From Chrysemys picta bellii (Eukaryota), in NCBI RefSeq assembly GCF_011386835.1, contig NC_088801.1, positions 42,346,001 through 42,410,000 of the forward strand: 64,000 bases of DNA. Reading direction: 5' to 3'. Positions within the stretch are counted from its first letter, which is position 1. Each line of letters opens with the position of its first letter. The notes below the pieces were generated by a model. The model was not told where the DNA came from, made no database searches, and worked only from the letters and a program-made list of their open reading frames with translations. Positions 1 through 12,599 of this stretch are shown in pieces. Both the position numbers and the translations under genes were made by a program.

Positions 1-17
1 GCAGCAGCAGCAGCAGC
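1..17. repeat. (GCA)n trinucleotide microsatellite, truncated by the window edge
   Basis: The window opens with gcagcagcagcagcagc. Confidence 0.9.
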
Positions 18-297
18 TTCAGCTCATCTCAACTAAATACTTCTCTTTTACCCAAAAGAATACTTATTACGTTTGATACCATTGAAAAGACTATCAAATA
101 AGCCAGGGGAGATTCTTCTAAAAAAAATTTCCAGGTAAAAAGAAAGGGAAACAAAAATGTTTTTAAAATGCCTTACTTAATACTTATGTTTCAGATGCTT
201 TCACTGTTTTTTCTTTTTTTTCTGTAATAAGAAGTTTAAAAGATTTTTATGGGCATGTTCGCCATGGTACTAAGCATGCTAAAGTCTCCATATGCCC

Positions 298-457
298 AAT
301 CATAGGACTGGAAAAGATCTTGAGATGCCATCTAGTCCAGTCTCCCGCACTCATGGCAGGACTCTCATCCCCAACAGGTGTTTGTCTAACCTGCTCTTAA
401 AAATTTCCAATGATGGAGATTCCACCACCTTCCCAGGCAGTTTATTCCAGTGCTTAT
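298..457 (-). mobile_element. CR1 LINE 3' fragment
   Basis: aatcataggactgg...catctagtccagtc...gatggagattccacc...tttattccagtgct reads as the reverse complement of the sauropsid CR1 3' end (..ggtcccttccagtcctatgatt). Recognised from recall. Confidence 0.7.
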
Positions 458-3400
458 CCCAGACCTTGTTTAACACTGTTTAATGTTAGACAGTGACTGG
501 GTTAATATCTTTGGCCCATTTATTCCATCTACGTTAATACAACAATACACACCATCTGAGATGCTCAGTACCTACGTGGGCAGCTAGCCCCTCCCAGCAC
601 TCGGACTATGCTTGGTTTTTAGAGCATTAGCTCAACCACAGCTAGTGCTGGTATGTCTCCCTATGCTGAGAATTACACCCCACCCCACCCCCCGCTCCAA
701 GTGGAGACCTACTCTACATTTCAGACTCAGGTTCCAGGTGCAAATACTTGAGATTATGAATTTCAAAAAATTCATAAATGTCAGTAATAGTACAAGAAGC
801 ATGATTCTAACAGGTACACTCAGTCAGGGAACAGAAACATACTATGTGGCTTATGGCCAAAAAAAAAAAAAATTAAAGCATGGGAACTAAGTTTAAGCAT
901 ATACATGGCCTTATTTTTATTATCATGACCACTGATATGAAGCTTCAGATGCTGAGCACCTCTGAAAGTCAGGTCACTTTTATTTAAGTGTTCAAATAGA
1001 GTCAGGGATTTGGAATGTAGAATCTGACAATTAAATGGACGCAAACAAGCAAAAGTCAAAATTGTGCTTAGCTATTATTAGCCAAAAATACTTGAATGTA
1101 AACAGAAAATGAAAAAATATATAATCTGTTGGTAGACATTTCATAAACAGAAAAAGTAGTAATATTACTGGAATAAGATACACATTATTAATTCTTCACC
1201 CATTTCTACAACTATGAACTGCCTTCCCTCTTTTCCAACACTGCCTTTGTGCTGGGAAGAGTGAACCACCAACAGGTTCCTTCCAGGAATGTCTCCAGGA
1301 TGATATTCATGCCCTGTGCAATGGAGTTGCAGCAGGCCAATTTCATCCTGGTGCCTCTAGAGAGGGTTGGAACTAGCTCTGAATAGATTGTTCCATAAAT
1401 CTTTGCTGTTCTAGAACCTGATCCCATTCTGCCTTCTCCAATCTTTTCACGTTCTTTGAGATATCTCCCATCTGTTGTTGTCCTCCCAAGAGCTATGTTC
1501 TACCCTTGATCTCTTTTTACACATTTTGATATAAAGTCCTTTTCAGGGTTTAATATCAACAGTTTAAGCTTTATTAACAGCTTACGTTAATTTTATTTTA
1601 GCTTTAAACTATCAAATTTCTTGGATTTACATTGGAAAGGGCTTATAGTATGATCAAATCACAAGAACCCTAATTTTAAATTTTGTGGGTTGAAATAAAT
1701 AGTACTTACTAAACTGTCCTGTACAATGGATACAGGAACAGAATCTAACAATTCCAGGGAAGAGGGGAACAGGATCAAAGCCAGGCTTCATAGACCTATT
1801 TAATAATGTATTTCTGGTAAAGCAATAAAGTTTACAATATGGCCCCTGTTTGCAAAAAGGACATTGTTTTGCCATGTTCTTCTTGTAAATTCCTTGTGAG
1901 ACTCAAAGTGTTATTTTACATGTTATTCATAAAGACAACTGTCAGTTCTGTATGGGTGTACCAATGTGTTATGGGGATTAATCAAAAGGAAATGTGTATG
2001 TTAAAATCATGTGTGTCATTAAGAATCCTTTGCCAATAAAGTGGAACTCATATTATGGTCAACAGAGTGAATGGCTAATGCATAAAGTTGCAGTGGATCT
2101 TCTGTACTTCCTGGAAAAGTGATACAGAATAATTTCCAAATGCAATTGTTCATGCTTTTATTCAACCAAATATTCTGTAGAGAAAAAAAACAAGGGAAAT
2201 ATTGTGTGAAGATTCCCCTCACTGCGCTTTTCTACTGCCCTGCAGTATAGAACATTGCCTTAAACACTAGAACAGCAAGGGAATGGAAGGGGGAAATAGT
2301 ATTTTCCTCCCAAGCATTATCAAATAGTAAAGATCTATGTTGCTGACTACATAGGTGCATACTATGTATTGTATTTGAAACCAACATACATTTTAGGTTA
2401 ATTAGATGATTATAGCTGTAGTCATTTGAATCCCCAATTTCATCCACTGATTGCTTTTGGCATGGGGCCCAAAGCCAGAAGCTGATACATGGCATGAGCC
2501 TCCTTGATGACTTCACACTTGTGAACCAACATCTAAAAAACACATACGTGGGATGTCATAACTTCAAAACTAAGGTTCACTGCACCCTTTATGTTAAATG
2601 GGGGAAATGAAATAGGGGGAGACAGAGATAATGGGGAGCGTGAAAAGAGACAGGAAGTGAGATTTAAATTGTCCTTCCTCCCTCACCCCCCAAATACCAA
2701 CCAAGCCTTCAGTAGCACTTTGCATTGTTAAAAGAAACCCTGAAAGGGAATTGTTCAATGTTCCAATTTCATTTTTTACAACAGAAAGTGAGTTAAACAC
2801 AGCTATTGGGCCAAAAACTTCTGCTGAAAAGACCTACAGGGGTTAATGTTGACTGAAAATGAGAAGCTCAACAGCACATGAAGCTGGGCTGATGTAAGAG
2901 TATTATGAAAGGGAATGCTGACATAACTCTGAAAGGATGCTACAGTGTAAAAAACAACAATACAGGGCGCTTTGTTGTAATGCTGACTTACGTAAAGAGT
3001 AAATAAAAGGAGAATCATATAAAAATTGAATTAAAGTGATGTTAATGATCAAACAAACCCACAGGAAATGGAGAGAGAATTCTAGCATAATCTCCCATCC
3101 CATTGTATCTATGTACTGAAGCATACATAGCCCTACATCACCCGATCTCAGTCAGTGAATGAGCTTCCATAGCCTGCAACAAACGTGCATTGGTGAGTGT
3201 TAAGTGGCTAACAATGAGTAAATAATTATCCAGTGAGGATTACAGGAAAATGAGGAAACATCCAGAAAGCAAAAAAACACAGCCCTAGTATGATCCAGGA
3301 GATCTCAATTGGCAATGAAGTCACTTAAGAAGCGTGAAATAAAGTTGTACAGAAAGACAGACAGGAGCAAACCAAGAACTTCATGAATCCTACTTGGCAA

Positions 3401-6400
3401 AATACTTTTAAAAATGCACATCTGCTTTCCACACCCACCGGTGAGGAAACCATTGGCTCTACAAGCTGAGCTAAGAGAAGATCATCTGGTGTAAATTTAT
3501 ATATGCTTTGAAGGAAACATTTCCCAAAATTGATAAAATGAACTGCTTCAAAGTGTTATCAGTACTAAGTAATAACTTAACTCTGGTAAAGCTAGAAATA
3601 TTCAGGGCTTGATTCTCCATTCTGATGCACCAGTGTCATGACACCAGTAGAACTATTTATTTCCATTGTAAAAACTTATGTAACAAATTTGAGAACTGGG
3701 CCCTTGGTTTAATGTATCTGTTTCCTCACATGTGCACCTTAGGATGGCTCGGGGGAATTTAGAGAATGAGATCCTCACATCATTCCAGTGAGATATAGAG
3801 CTGTCCCACAAGGGAAAAAAAAGTGGCACCATCCCTGGACTCTGTAGCAGCTTCATTTAAATTAAAAACGTAGAGTTTTAATTAACTGAATAAATAGTAT
3901 ACTCTGTACAGTAGCTACAATGTTAGTCATGTTTATATACAACGTGGTTTATTTTACACAGACCCCATATTTTAGTTTTCAATATGCAAAAGATTAATTA
4001 CACAACTGCACCATGGAAATTGTCTTTGGGGGCAGCTGGAAGTTTGGGCTGCTTTTGGCATCTTCAGAGGCAGATTGGGGTTGTGGAATAAAACGGTTAA
4101 AATGAGCAGCAGTGAAATAGTCAATAGTGTCGATATTTAAATGGTCATTAGATAGCCAACACCGCACTGAGATGGATCCTCTCATTCTGTTTCACTCCTC
4201 TTAGAGCTGTTGTCCAGTCTGTCTGCAGATTCTGGAAAACAACAATGCATTGTTTGTAACTGGTATTCTCTTCTTGTTTTCAAAGTCGTCTTTACAGCCC
4301 TGAGGACTAGAAACATGATATTTTAAACATCAAGACTATAGATTCTTGAGCACAGTTCTGTGGGAGGAATGGATAATGGGTGGATTCTGTAGCTGCAGTT
4401 GCCAAATACATAGAGGCCACACCATGCTCTTTCAGTAGAAGAATGTACCTGAAATATAATTAAAAGGAACAGCTATCTTTGTCTGGTGCCCGTTGTTTTT
4501 GTAGGGTTGCCTTGTTTATATTGTAAACAGGGGAGCCAAAACATGTATACTTACTAGAGCCTATTTTTAATCATCCATGAGCTTTTCCAAAATAGCAAGT
4601 GAATCTTGAATTCATGTAACCCATCATCTGGCATGGGGAAATCTCCCTTTCCCTGAATTTGGCTAAGCAGCATCTTGCTGTCATTAGGAGGTGCAAGATT
4701 AAAAAACTCTTTAAAATATCTAAATTAAAGATGGTGGGCTTAGAAATAGCAGAGTATTGAGAAGTAGCCAAGTACCAGTGGTTTTGAAGATTAAGGATAT
4801 GCATCCAAAAATAGCCACCTTGCAAAAGCATGGAATACTACTAATACAATAATCCTGTCCTGTGACTCTCAGCCCATCCACAATCATACATGTTACCAGG
4901 CAGCACTATCATTATAATGCCTGGTACTGCTTTGTTATTGGTTCGCTGCCCTACCATCTCCCAGGTCTGTTAAAGCTACAGGGGGAGAGTTACTGCTGCT
5001 TAGGGCAGCAATAACTTGCAATGCAAATTGCACTGTAAATTTTGCTGCCTTGACAGTGCAATGTGTCACATTGAACATTTTACCTCTATGTGGTTAAAAA
5101 CAAAGGACCAAAATCTCTGTCCCAACTCACAGCCCTTTCACTTACATGCCACCATTTCAGTGGGACTGTGAAGGATGGAAGGGAGGTTAGAATTTGTCCC
5201 TAAAGCTTAAAGTAACAGCGAGGCCATTCTAGATATAAAATAATTGCTGATTTCAAATGTCACTGACACTGGCCCTGACTTGGTTCACCTTTTATACACA
5301 TTTACCATGGACTAAATATTCACACAAGAGAACAGTAGTTTGTTTACACTGTGTTTGGAATATTTTTGAAGGCAGATCACTTTTTTTTTCTACCCTGAGT
5401 TAGAATTCAGTTCAGGTAAATGTAGACCATCCCTTAGGAAACTAAATATGGCAACTACTCAGAGAGATTAAATGAGATTGTATGTTGTTTTTGTAAGTTG
5501 CAATTAGACAGCCAACAGCTTCACTTGTAAATACCAGACTGTAAAGGATAAAAGACCAGTGCCTGCTTCCTTCAATAAAATGCCTGTGTTTTTTTTCCCC
5601 CCAAGGAGACAAAAAGCCACACACCTTTTTGCCAATTGTACTGGAAAATTATTTCGGTGGAGCCCCTCTAATTGGACACATCCCATTTATACCATATCTT
5701 TCTCCATTATGTGACCACAAATGTGGTCTTTGTTCCCTAACATGTGAAAAGCAGGTGCTGTAGAGTCAGAATGCTTTACTCTTGAGGTGAAGCTTACCCC
5801 TCTTCAGGAGGGCTCCATGCTTCTGTTGGGATGAGGCTCTATAGTCTGTAAAGGTAGTGGAACAAGAATACTGTAAATAAAGTGCATGAGGTGTTTTACC
5901 AGACCATTTCCAAGCCCTGCGTGAAGATATAAAGTAGGTAGGAGCAAGTCCACCCTGCTACAGCTGCCTAAATCCCACTGTGGATATAGCCCCAAAAATC
6001 CTATTTTCAGACAAAGATTCCTAGTAATAAAAAAATTAGGAGACAATATATTATTCACCTGAATCATCCCTGGAGAAAAAGAAAATATTGTTCAAAGTTT
6101 CTCAAGACATGTTTCCAATAGGTATTAAGAATTTGATTTTTTTCTAAAACATGAATTGTTTTCCTTAAGTGCCTAGAAAACAAGGGCTTTATTCAGGACA
6201 ATCAAGTCTATTGTTGAGTGTGTGTGTATGGCTAATTTTATTTAACTCTCACATTTTGTTCTCCACCTCCCACCACTTCCTTGAATAGGGAACGCTCTCT
6301 TGAGCGAGTGAATGAAATGCACAGCACCCTCTGAGAGCACAACCAGTGCTGTATTAGCAGAAGTGAATAGTGATGCACTTTACACTTGTCTCTCGAGGGC

Positions 6401-6570
6401 CTCATCCAAAGCCCAGTGAAGTCAATGGGAGTCTAGAAGGCTTGCACAAGCACCACTCAAGTCCTCAGAATGGGGCATAGGTGTCCTTTTCCATTACTCT
6501 TATAGACTACATAGCCTGATTCCAACAGTAATACAAAGCCCTCAGCGCCTGAGGCAAGGAAGGAGAGGTC

Positions 6571-7191
6571 TGTGAGAGGGTTCCCTCACCACCTCCTCCT
6601 AGCTATCCTGACAATCAGCTCTGCCAGGTGCTTCATCCTCCTCCATGGTTTCTCTACCCATCTTCTTCTGTCTGCACCTTCTTTCTCTCCCCTTCTCAGA
6701 GTGGCAGCTTGCAGTTTCTGGCTTGGCCTTCCAGCCAGGTCACTAAGTTCCTTCCCTTCCAGGGAAATCACAGTCCTTCCTGATCAACTGATATCTCCAA
6801 TACCCTGTACCACTAACCATAGTGGAACCCACCCCACACTCTACACTGTGTTCCAGCCCAGGGACCCTATAATGTGCAGCCCAGGCCTGTACTGTCTTAG
6901 CCCTTGCTGCTGTTTCCCTGGGCTTCTACCGCCATCACTAGATCCCATCCTCTCTGAGTACATCAGCCTCTCAACTCCCTCCTTTCAGAGAATAACTGCA
7001 GCCCTCCTTGCTGCTTACAGCTCCTGGGCTTTTTACAGGTCCTTCCTATTCCTGCCCAGCTGTGCCTGACTCTAATTAGTGGCCTTCTTGTAGCCTATAT
7101 CTCTCCCCTACTGGCTGCTTAATTGGTCAATTAGGCTCACCTGGCCTAATTTACCATCTCAGGAGCCAGTGTGGGGAATACACCCATCACA
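6571..7191. mobile_element. Probable solo LTR (621 bp)
   Basis: It has inverted termini TGTGAgaggg...cccaTCACA (TG...CA rule) and flanking 5-mers aggtc (6566-6570) and tggtc (7192-7196), a 4/5-matching target-site duplication. No gag/pol coding is present. Confidence 0.6.
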
Positions 7192-7446
7192 TGGTCCCTC
7201 ATGGTTCTGGCTCTTACTCTACTATCCACACTCACTCACTTTGTTCCTCTACTTCATGCTTCCTTCCTGTGTCTTTTGTACCATCTAGGTAATTAATTAA
7301 TTAGCCTTTTAACTCTCTCCAGCCCACCCCAATCTATCAGTTGAAAGCACTTCCCACAGTCATGTGTGCAGCGGGGCAACTAATTGGAGTTGTAGTGAGC
7401 AGAGTACTGGACCAGCTTCTGTTGCTCAAGGTGTTTTACCAGAACC

Positions 7447-7486
7447 CCCCAGCCTGGCATGGAGGGACACCAGAGACCCTTGAGAC
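7447..7486 (+). mobile_element. Short ORF1-like stub of an outer Tx1-type LINE, ending in the left copy of a 17-bp duplication
   Basis: It translates PPAWHGGTPETLET and joins in frame with ...PETPETWEGANPVITG at 9763 onward. ccagagacccttgagac lies at 7470-7486. Confidence 0.5.
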
Positions 7487-9762
7487 ATGGTCCATCCCAA
7501 CCAGACCTACACCATCCCGGGCTGCCCTATCTTTGATAACTTGTATTTGGTCTAGGACCTCCTGGAGCTCAGGTATAGGGATAGTCTGTTGTTTGCTCTC
7601 TGGAACAGGAGAAGGCATTCAACAGGAAGGACCATTGGTATCTCCTGGCACTCTGTGGGCATTTGGCTTCAGGCCCCAATTTGTGGGTTTTCTCCAGGTG
7701 CTGTACACCTCTGTGGAGTGTTTGGTCAGGCTCAACTGGACCCTGACAGAGGCGGTCAGCTTCAGGCGGGGGATGCATCAGGGGTGTCTGCTGTCAGACC
7801 AGCTGTATACTTTGGCAATCAAGCCCTTCCTCGGTCTCCTCCGTCGGAGGTTGATGGGGTTGGTGCTCTGTGAGCCAGAGATGCAGCTGGTCCCATCAGC
7901 GTACACCAATGACGTGCTCCTCGTGGTCCAGGACCCGGGCGACCTGGTGCAGGTGGAGGCCTGCCAGGTGATCTACTTGGCGGCCTCCTCCACCCGGGTC
8001 AACTGGGTCAAGAGCTCTGGCCTGATGGTTGGGGCAGGGTGGCAGACAAGCTCCCTCTCAGCCGTGCTTCAAGCCATTTGGTGGAGCATGGGTCCACTGC
8101 TCTATCTTGGTGTTTACCTTTCCATCACGCATCCTTCTCTGCTGCAGAACTGGCAGGATGTGGAGGCCAGGGTGGGTGAGAGGCTGCGGAGATAGACAGG
8201 ACTCCTCCTGGGCACTAGGGCACTGGTACTGAACCAACTAGTCCTGTCCATGCTCTGGCACCGGCTCAACACCTTGAGCCCGGCCCCGGGGCTCCTGACC
8301 TGGCTCCAGAGGATAGTTCTGGAGTTCTTCTGGCCAGGACTGCACTGGGTCTCTGCAGGGGTCCTGAGTCTTTCCCTGGAGGAGGGAGGACAGGGCCTGG
8401 TCTGCCTTCGCAGCCAGGTCCATGTCTTCTGCCTCCAGGCCCTGCATAGACTCCTTTATGGTGCAGGTAGTCTGACGTGGAGCACGTTGGCGCACGCCTT
8501 CCTCTGCCACCTTCGAGGGCTCTGATATGACCAGCAGCTCTTTTTTCTCCACCCGAGGGGTCTTCCGCGAGACCTCTCCGAGCTTCCGGTCTTCTACCAT
8601 GACCTCCTCCAGACCTGGAAACTGTTCTTGGCAACCAGGTCCATTGTGGCCACCAAGAGGGCGGACCTCCTTGCGGAACCCCTGCTACACAGGTGTGCAG
8701 GTGGCAGAGTCCCCCTCGGTGTGCCGGAGGCTGGTCCTGGCAGAAACCAACAGAATCTGAGACCTCCTGGACTACGACAGCGGGCACTGGTCGGCGCTTG
8801 GGGCTCTCCACCATTCTGACCCCCCTGCACGTGCTCCATGAGGTGGGGGCAGCCTTGTCACCCACCTCTTGGGTTTTCCTTGAGCGGGTAATATGGGAGG
8901 ATGCTTCCCGCCCACTCCTCTCCCCAGGCCTTTCGGACCTTTTCATCGGGCCCCTGTCCTGTGAGCCCTCCCAGCCCCGGCTGTTGCACAATCCGAGCCG
9001 GCTGCATGTCTTGCTTCTGAAAAGCACCAAGGAAACAACTTTACATGTTCATGCTCCACACATTTCACTTCCTCACCCTCGTGTTCCACCCTGATACCAA
9101 ATGGCGGGACTATCTACCACCTGTGTAGGGTGAGGAACCCCGGTGAGCAGCCTCTATTCCATCCTGGTCCCACAGCCCACCAGGGATATTGGTTGGCAGC
9201 TCCTCCATGGAGCCATGAGCATGGGCATGTATCTGGCGTCCCCATCCCCGATACCTGCCCCTTTTTGCGGCATGAGGGAGAACCTGGCACATGCTTATCT
9301 CAAATGCACCATGTTTCAGCCTCTATTCCGGCCCCTCCAGAACCTCCTGTTGAGGTTCTGGCTGCACTTTTCCCCACACCTGTTTATATTCGCACACCCT
9401 GTCCATGGCCCCACGAAGTCACAAGACCTCCTCGTCAATCTCCTCCTGGCCCTGGCCAAAGTGGCCATCTTAAACACCAGGAGGAAGATGCTAGACAAGG
9501 GGATACTCCGCGACTGTGGGTCCTATTTCCGCTCCTCCCTGATCTCACGCATCCGGGCAGAGTTCCTCTGGGCAGCGTCTGCTGGTTCCCTAGACAGCTT
9601 TGAGGAGCAGTGGGCACTGTCCGGGGTTCTCTGCTCGGTGTCCTGCTCTGAATCCCTAGTTTTGAACCTGTGATCCTCACTCCTGACCCTGTTATTCCTT
9701 AGTTGTTCCCCTATTCAGTTGGTTTCCGGGTCCAGTGGTCCCTCCCAGGATTTCCAATAAGG
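7487..9762 (+). mobile_element. 5'-truncated, inactivated Tx1-type (L1 clade) non-LTR retrotransposon: RT domain, C-terminal region, CCHC zinc-finger remnant and short 3' UTR
   Basis: Pieces in several frames resemble Xenopus Tx1 ORF2: DMVHPNQTYTIPG, LEQEKAFNR (7600-7626; motif LDQEKAFDR), FGFRPQFVGFL, RGMHQGCLLSDQLY, SAYTNDVLL (YADD changed to YTND, 7902-7913), YLGVYLS, LHWVSAGVLSLSLEEGGQGLVC, DIGWQLLHGAMS, PFCG..ENLAHAYLKC, IRAEFLWA and EEQWALSGVLCSV (ends 9673). It carries several stops and frameshifts. Confidence 0.92.
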
Positions 9763-11358
9763 CCAGAGACCCCTGAGACCTGGGAGGGTGCCAACCCTGT
9801 CATCACTGGCATCTCTGGCCACCTGATCCCCACTGACACCCCCTGTCTTCTTCTGCCTGATACCACTTCTGCTCAGACCTTGGGGCTAGCGTCCCTGTCA
9901 TGCCCAGACAAGTGGGTGGGCCCCACCACCACTGTGTGCAGTCAGGCGAACCCCACAGAGGAGGAGACAACTGGGCCATCTCCAGACTTGGAAGAGGGTC
10001 CACCCCACGGGGAAGTCTCCCTTCCCCCTGTCATTCCACCCCTGCCTCCCTGATGCCATCGCTCTCGCCCCCTGGACCCACCTACATAGGCTAGCCCTCC
10101 ACCTTCACTACCACCTTGGAGGGCTGAGTGCTTTTTCAGGGGAACCACAACAAGTGGAAAGTGTGAACTCAGCACCTCCACCTTGGTGTGGAGGGGGAGG
10201 AGGCCCCTGTAACACCATGAGCGGACTGCTGCTGCCGAGCCCTCCGCTGCCCTCCACCCCCGCAAAGGCCAGTGGGTGGAACCAACCAAGGAGACATTTG
10301 GCAGCAGATGGGGGAAGGTGTCACCCTCTCCCAGAGACCTTTCCTGAGGAGGCCTTGGAGGGAGCCCCCTCCCTCTGCCCTTCTGTCATTCATGCCCTCC
10401 AGCAGCACCAAGCTAGAAATTGCCCCAGTTGCTGACTGGGAGGACCTGTGGTGGTGGGTGGAGACCTGCACTCCATTTTCTAGGAGATCGAGGCCCTGGG
10501 TCTGACCCCTGTCTCTCCGGGAGACGACAGTCTGGGTAATGGCTTTGTCGCACCACCCTCTCTTCCTCTCTCCCCCTTTCCCCAGGCTGCCATCTGCACT
10601 CTCACTTTTGGGGCACCCCTAGCCTCACCCACCTGCCTGGCCATAGAAGGCACTCCGTTAGAAGCTGCCCGGCCCATTACACCGATGGCCGGTGCCAAGC
10701 AGCTAGGCCCCAAGCCTTTCGGTGTGTCCCTCTCTGAGGCGGTGCAGCTGCCCCCTTTACAATCTGGGGGCCTGGACCTAAGCAATCCCCTGCCTGCTGC
10801 CATGGTTGTGAGTGCCACACTGGCATTGTAGAGGGCCTCCTTCCCACACCTGCCCCCTTTACCCCCATGCCCGGTCAGGTGGTGCCATATCGGTGGCCTA
10901 GCTGCTGGGGCCCCTGCTCCCGGTCCTGCTCCCATTCCTGGTCCCGATCCTGCCCCTTGTCCTGATCCTGTCTCCCCTGCCACTACTCCCACCCCCACCC
11001 CTTCCCCTCTCCCCCTGCTTCCCATGTCACTGCCACCCCCGGGATTGTCTTGTTTCCCTTCTCTCCTGACAGCCCCCGGGAGGCAGCGTTTGTATTTCCC
11101 TCTCCCAGCCCTGGCAGGACTTCCACCTCACCCTCTGGGCCATGAGGATCATTTTGAGGGAGGGTAAGGGGACCAGGAAGCAGGATGCTGCAACCTATCG
11201 GCAGACCTGCTGCTTCCATGATTCCCTGATCACCTTGGGGTTGATTGTGGGTTGCTGCAGGGCCCTGTGAGGGCTGGCGGTGCTCCTGCCCACGAGGATC
11301 TTCTCCTGCCCCCATGATGAATCTGACGACCTTTGGTACTCTGAACACCTGGGGCAGC
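9763..11358 (+). mobile_element. Decayed Tx1-type ORF1 C-terminal half followed by the first codons of ORF2 (APE endonuclease start)
   Basis: A Pro-rich ORF1-like segment is followed by WQDFHLTLWAMRIILREGKGTRKQDAATYRQTCCFHDSLITLG (about 11111-11240), resembling the end of reptile Tx1 ORF1. MMNLTTFGTLNTWGS at 11314 resembles the APE start motif (xxTFATLNxxG). Recognised from recall. Confidence 0.65.
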
Positions 11359-11627
11359 AAGCAGAAGATCTTGCTGACTGCAATTGTGGGGGGGGGTTTT
11401 GTTCTGCTCAATCATTCCACCATCCTCTAGGCCCAACCTTGTGAGCTGGTGATTGTCTATTGCAAAGTGATGAGCACCTTCCACTCCCACTGAGGAAAGC
11501 AGTGAGGTCAATGAAAGCTGAGATCCTCAGAAGTCCACATGATTGGGCCCTGTAGACTTTCATCATCAGTGCTGGTGAAGGTCCCAATCTCGGGGTCATG
11601 AACTGACATGAAGAGGTCTCAACAAGA

Positions 11628-12441
11628 CTTGGGTGGCAGGTTTGTAGAAATTTTCGTGGTGCCTAGAACCCGTCCCCTCCCCAAACTCCTCCCCCCCCAC
11701 CTGCCTAAAGCTCTGGGAGGGAGTTTGTGTGGGGGGAGGAGGTCTGAGGTGCAGGCCCTGGGATGGAGTTTGGGTGCTGGGTGCAGGCTCGGGGCTGGGG
11801 CAGGGGTGGGGGTGCAGGAGGGGGTGAGGGGTGCAGGCTTGGGGATGGAGTTTGGGTGTAGGCCCTGGGCTGGGGCAAGGGGTGGGGGTGCAGAAGGGGT
11901 GAGAGGTGCAGGCTTTGGGAGGGAGTTTGGGGGCAGGAGGGGGTGCAGGGGTGAGGGCTGTGGGGCTGAGGATGAGGGGTTTGGGGTGTGGGAGGGGGCT
12001 CAGGGCTAGGGCAGAGGGTTGGGTGAGGGCTGTGGGGCTGAGGATGAGGGGTTCATGATGCAGGAGAGGGCTCAGGGCTGGGGCAGAGGGGTGAGGGGAT
12101 GAGGGCTGGGGTTGAGGGGTTTGAGGCATTGGAGAGGCTCAGGCTAGGGTGGAAGGGCAGGGTAAGGGCAGCCTGCCCTGCCATTAGTGGATGTGGGGCA
12201 CTAGGACCCTGCAGCAGCAGTTGATGCTGGGAGCCGGCAGAGCAGAGTCAGCCTGAGCTGCAGGCTCTGGGGCCTCAGGGGGCAGCAAGTGTGAGCTGGG
12301 GGACACTCGGGGGAGGCGCGTGGGGGCGGCAGATGGGGCAGGGGGAGAGGCCTGGCCCCAAACATCGGTGGAGCAGGGCCCCCAGGCCCTGAATATTGCT
12401 GGAGTCCAGGCACCACGAGTGTATATAACTCGCCGCCCCTG
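11628..12441. mobile_element. Non-autonomous hAT-like DNA element with G-rich internal tandem repeats
   Basis: The imperfect terminal inverted repeats are cttgggtggc..cgtggtgcc and ggcaccacg..gccgcccctg. Flanks are tcaacaag (11619-11626) and tcaacaac (12442-12449), a 7/8 match to an 8-bp TSD. An exact 33-bp internal repeat occurs at 11949 and 12021. Confidence 0.6.
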
Positions 12442-12482
12442 TCAACAACCCTGCCAGTGCTAAATGGTAGAGGGTCCCCAGG

Positions 12483-12599
12483 TAGGGTGACCAAATGTCC
12501 TGATTTTATAGGGCCAGCCCGATATTTGTGGCTTTGTCTTATATAGGTGCCTATTACCCCCCTGTCCCGATTTTTCACCCTTGCTATCTGGTCACCCTA
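12483..12599. mobile_element. hAT (Blackjack/MER81-MER94-like) MITE, 117 bp
   Basis: Perfect 11-bp TIRs TAGGGTGACCA / TGGTCACCCTA and a perfect 8-bp TSD tccccagg (12475-12482 and 12600-12607). Confidence 0.9.

Noticed and set aside
3122-3155. Faint 5S rRNA-like stretch (catac..ccct..cccgatctc.gtc)
   Set aside because: It is only about 35 bp with several mismatches, too weak to call a 5S gene or SINE3.
11596-12129. Pro-rich and Gly-rich ORFs of 133-177 aa
   Set aside because: They are translations of the G-rich repeat array inside the hAT-like element.
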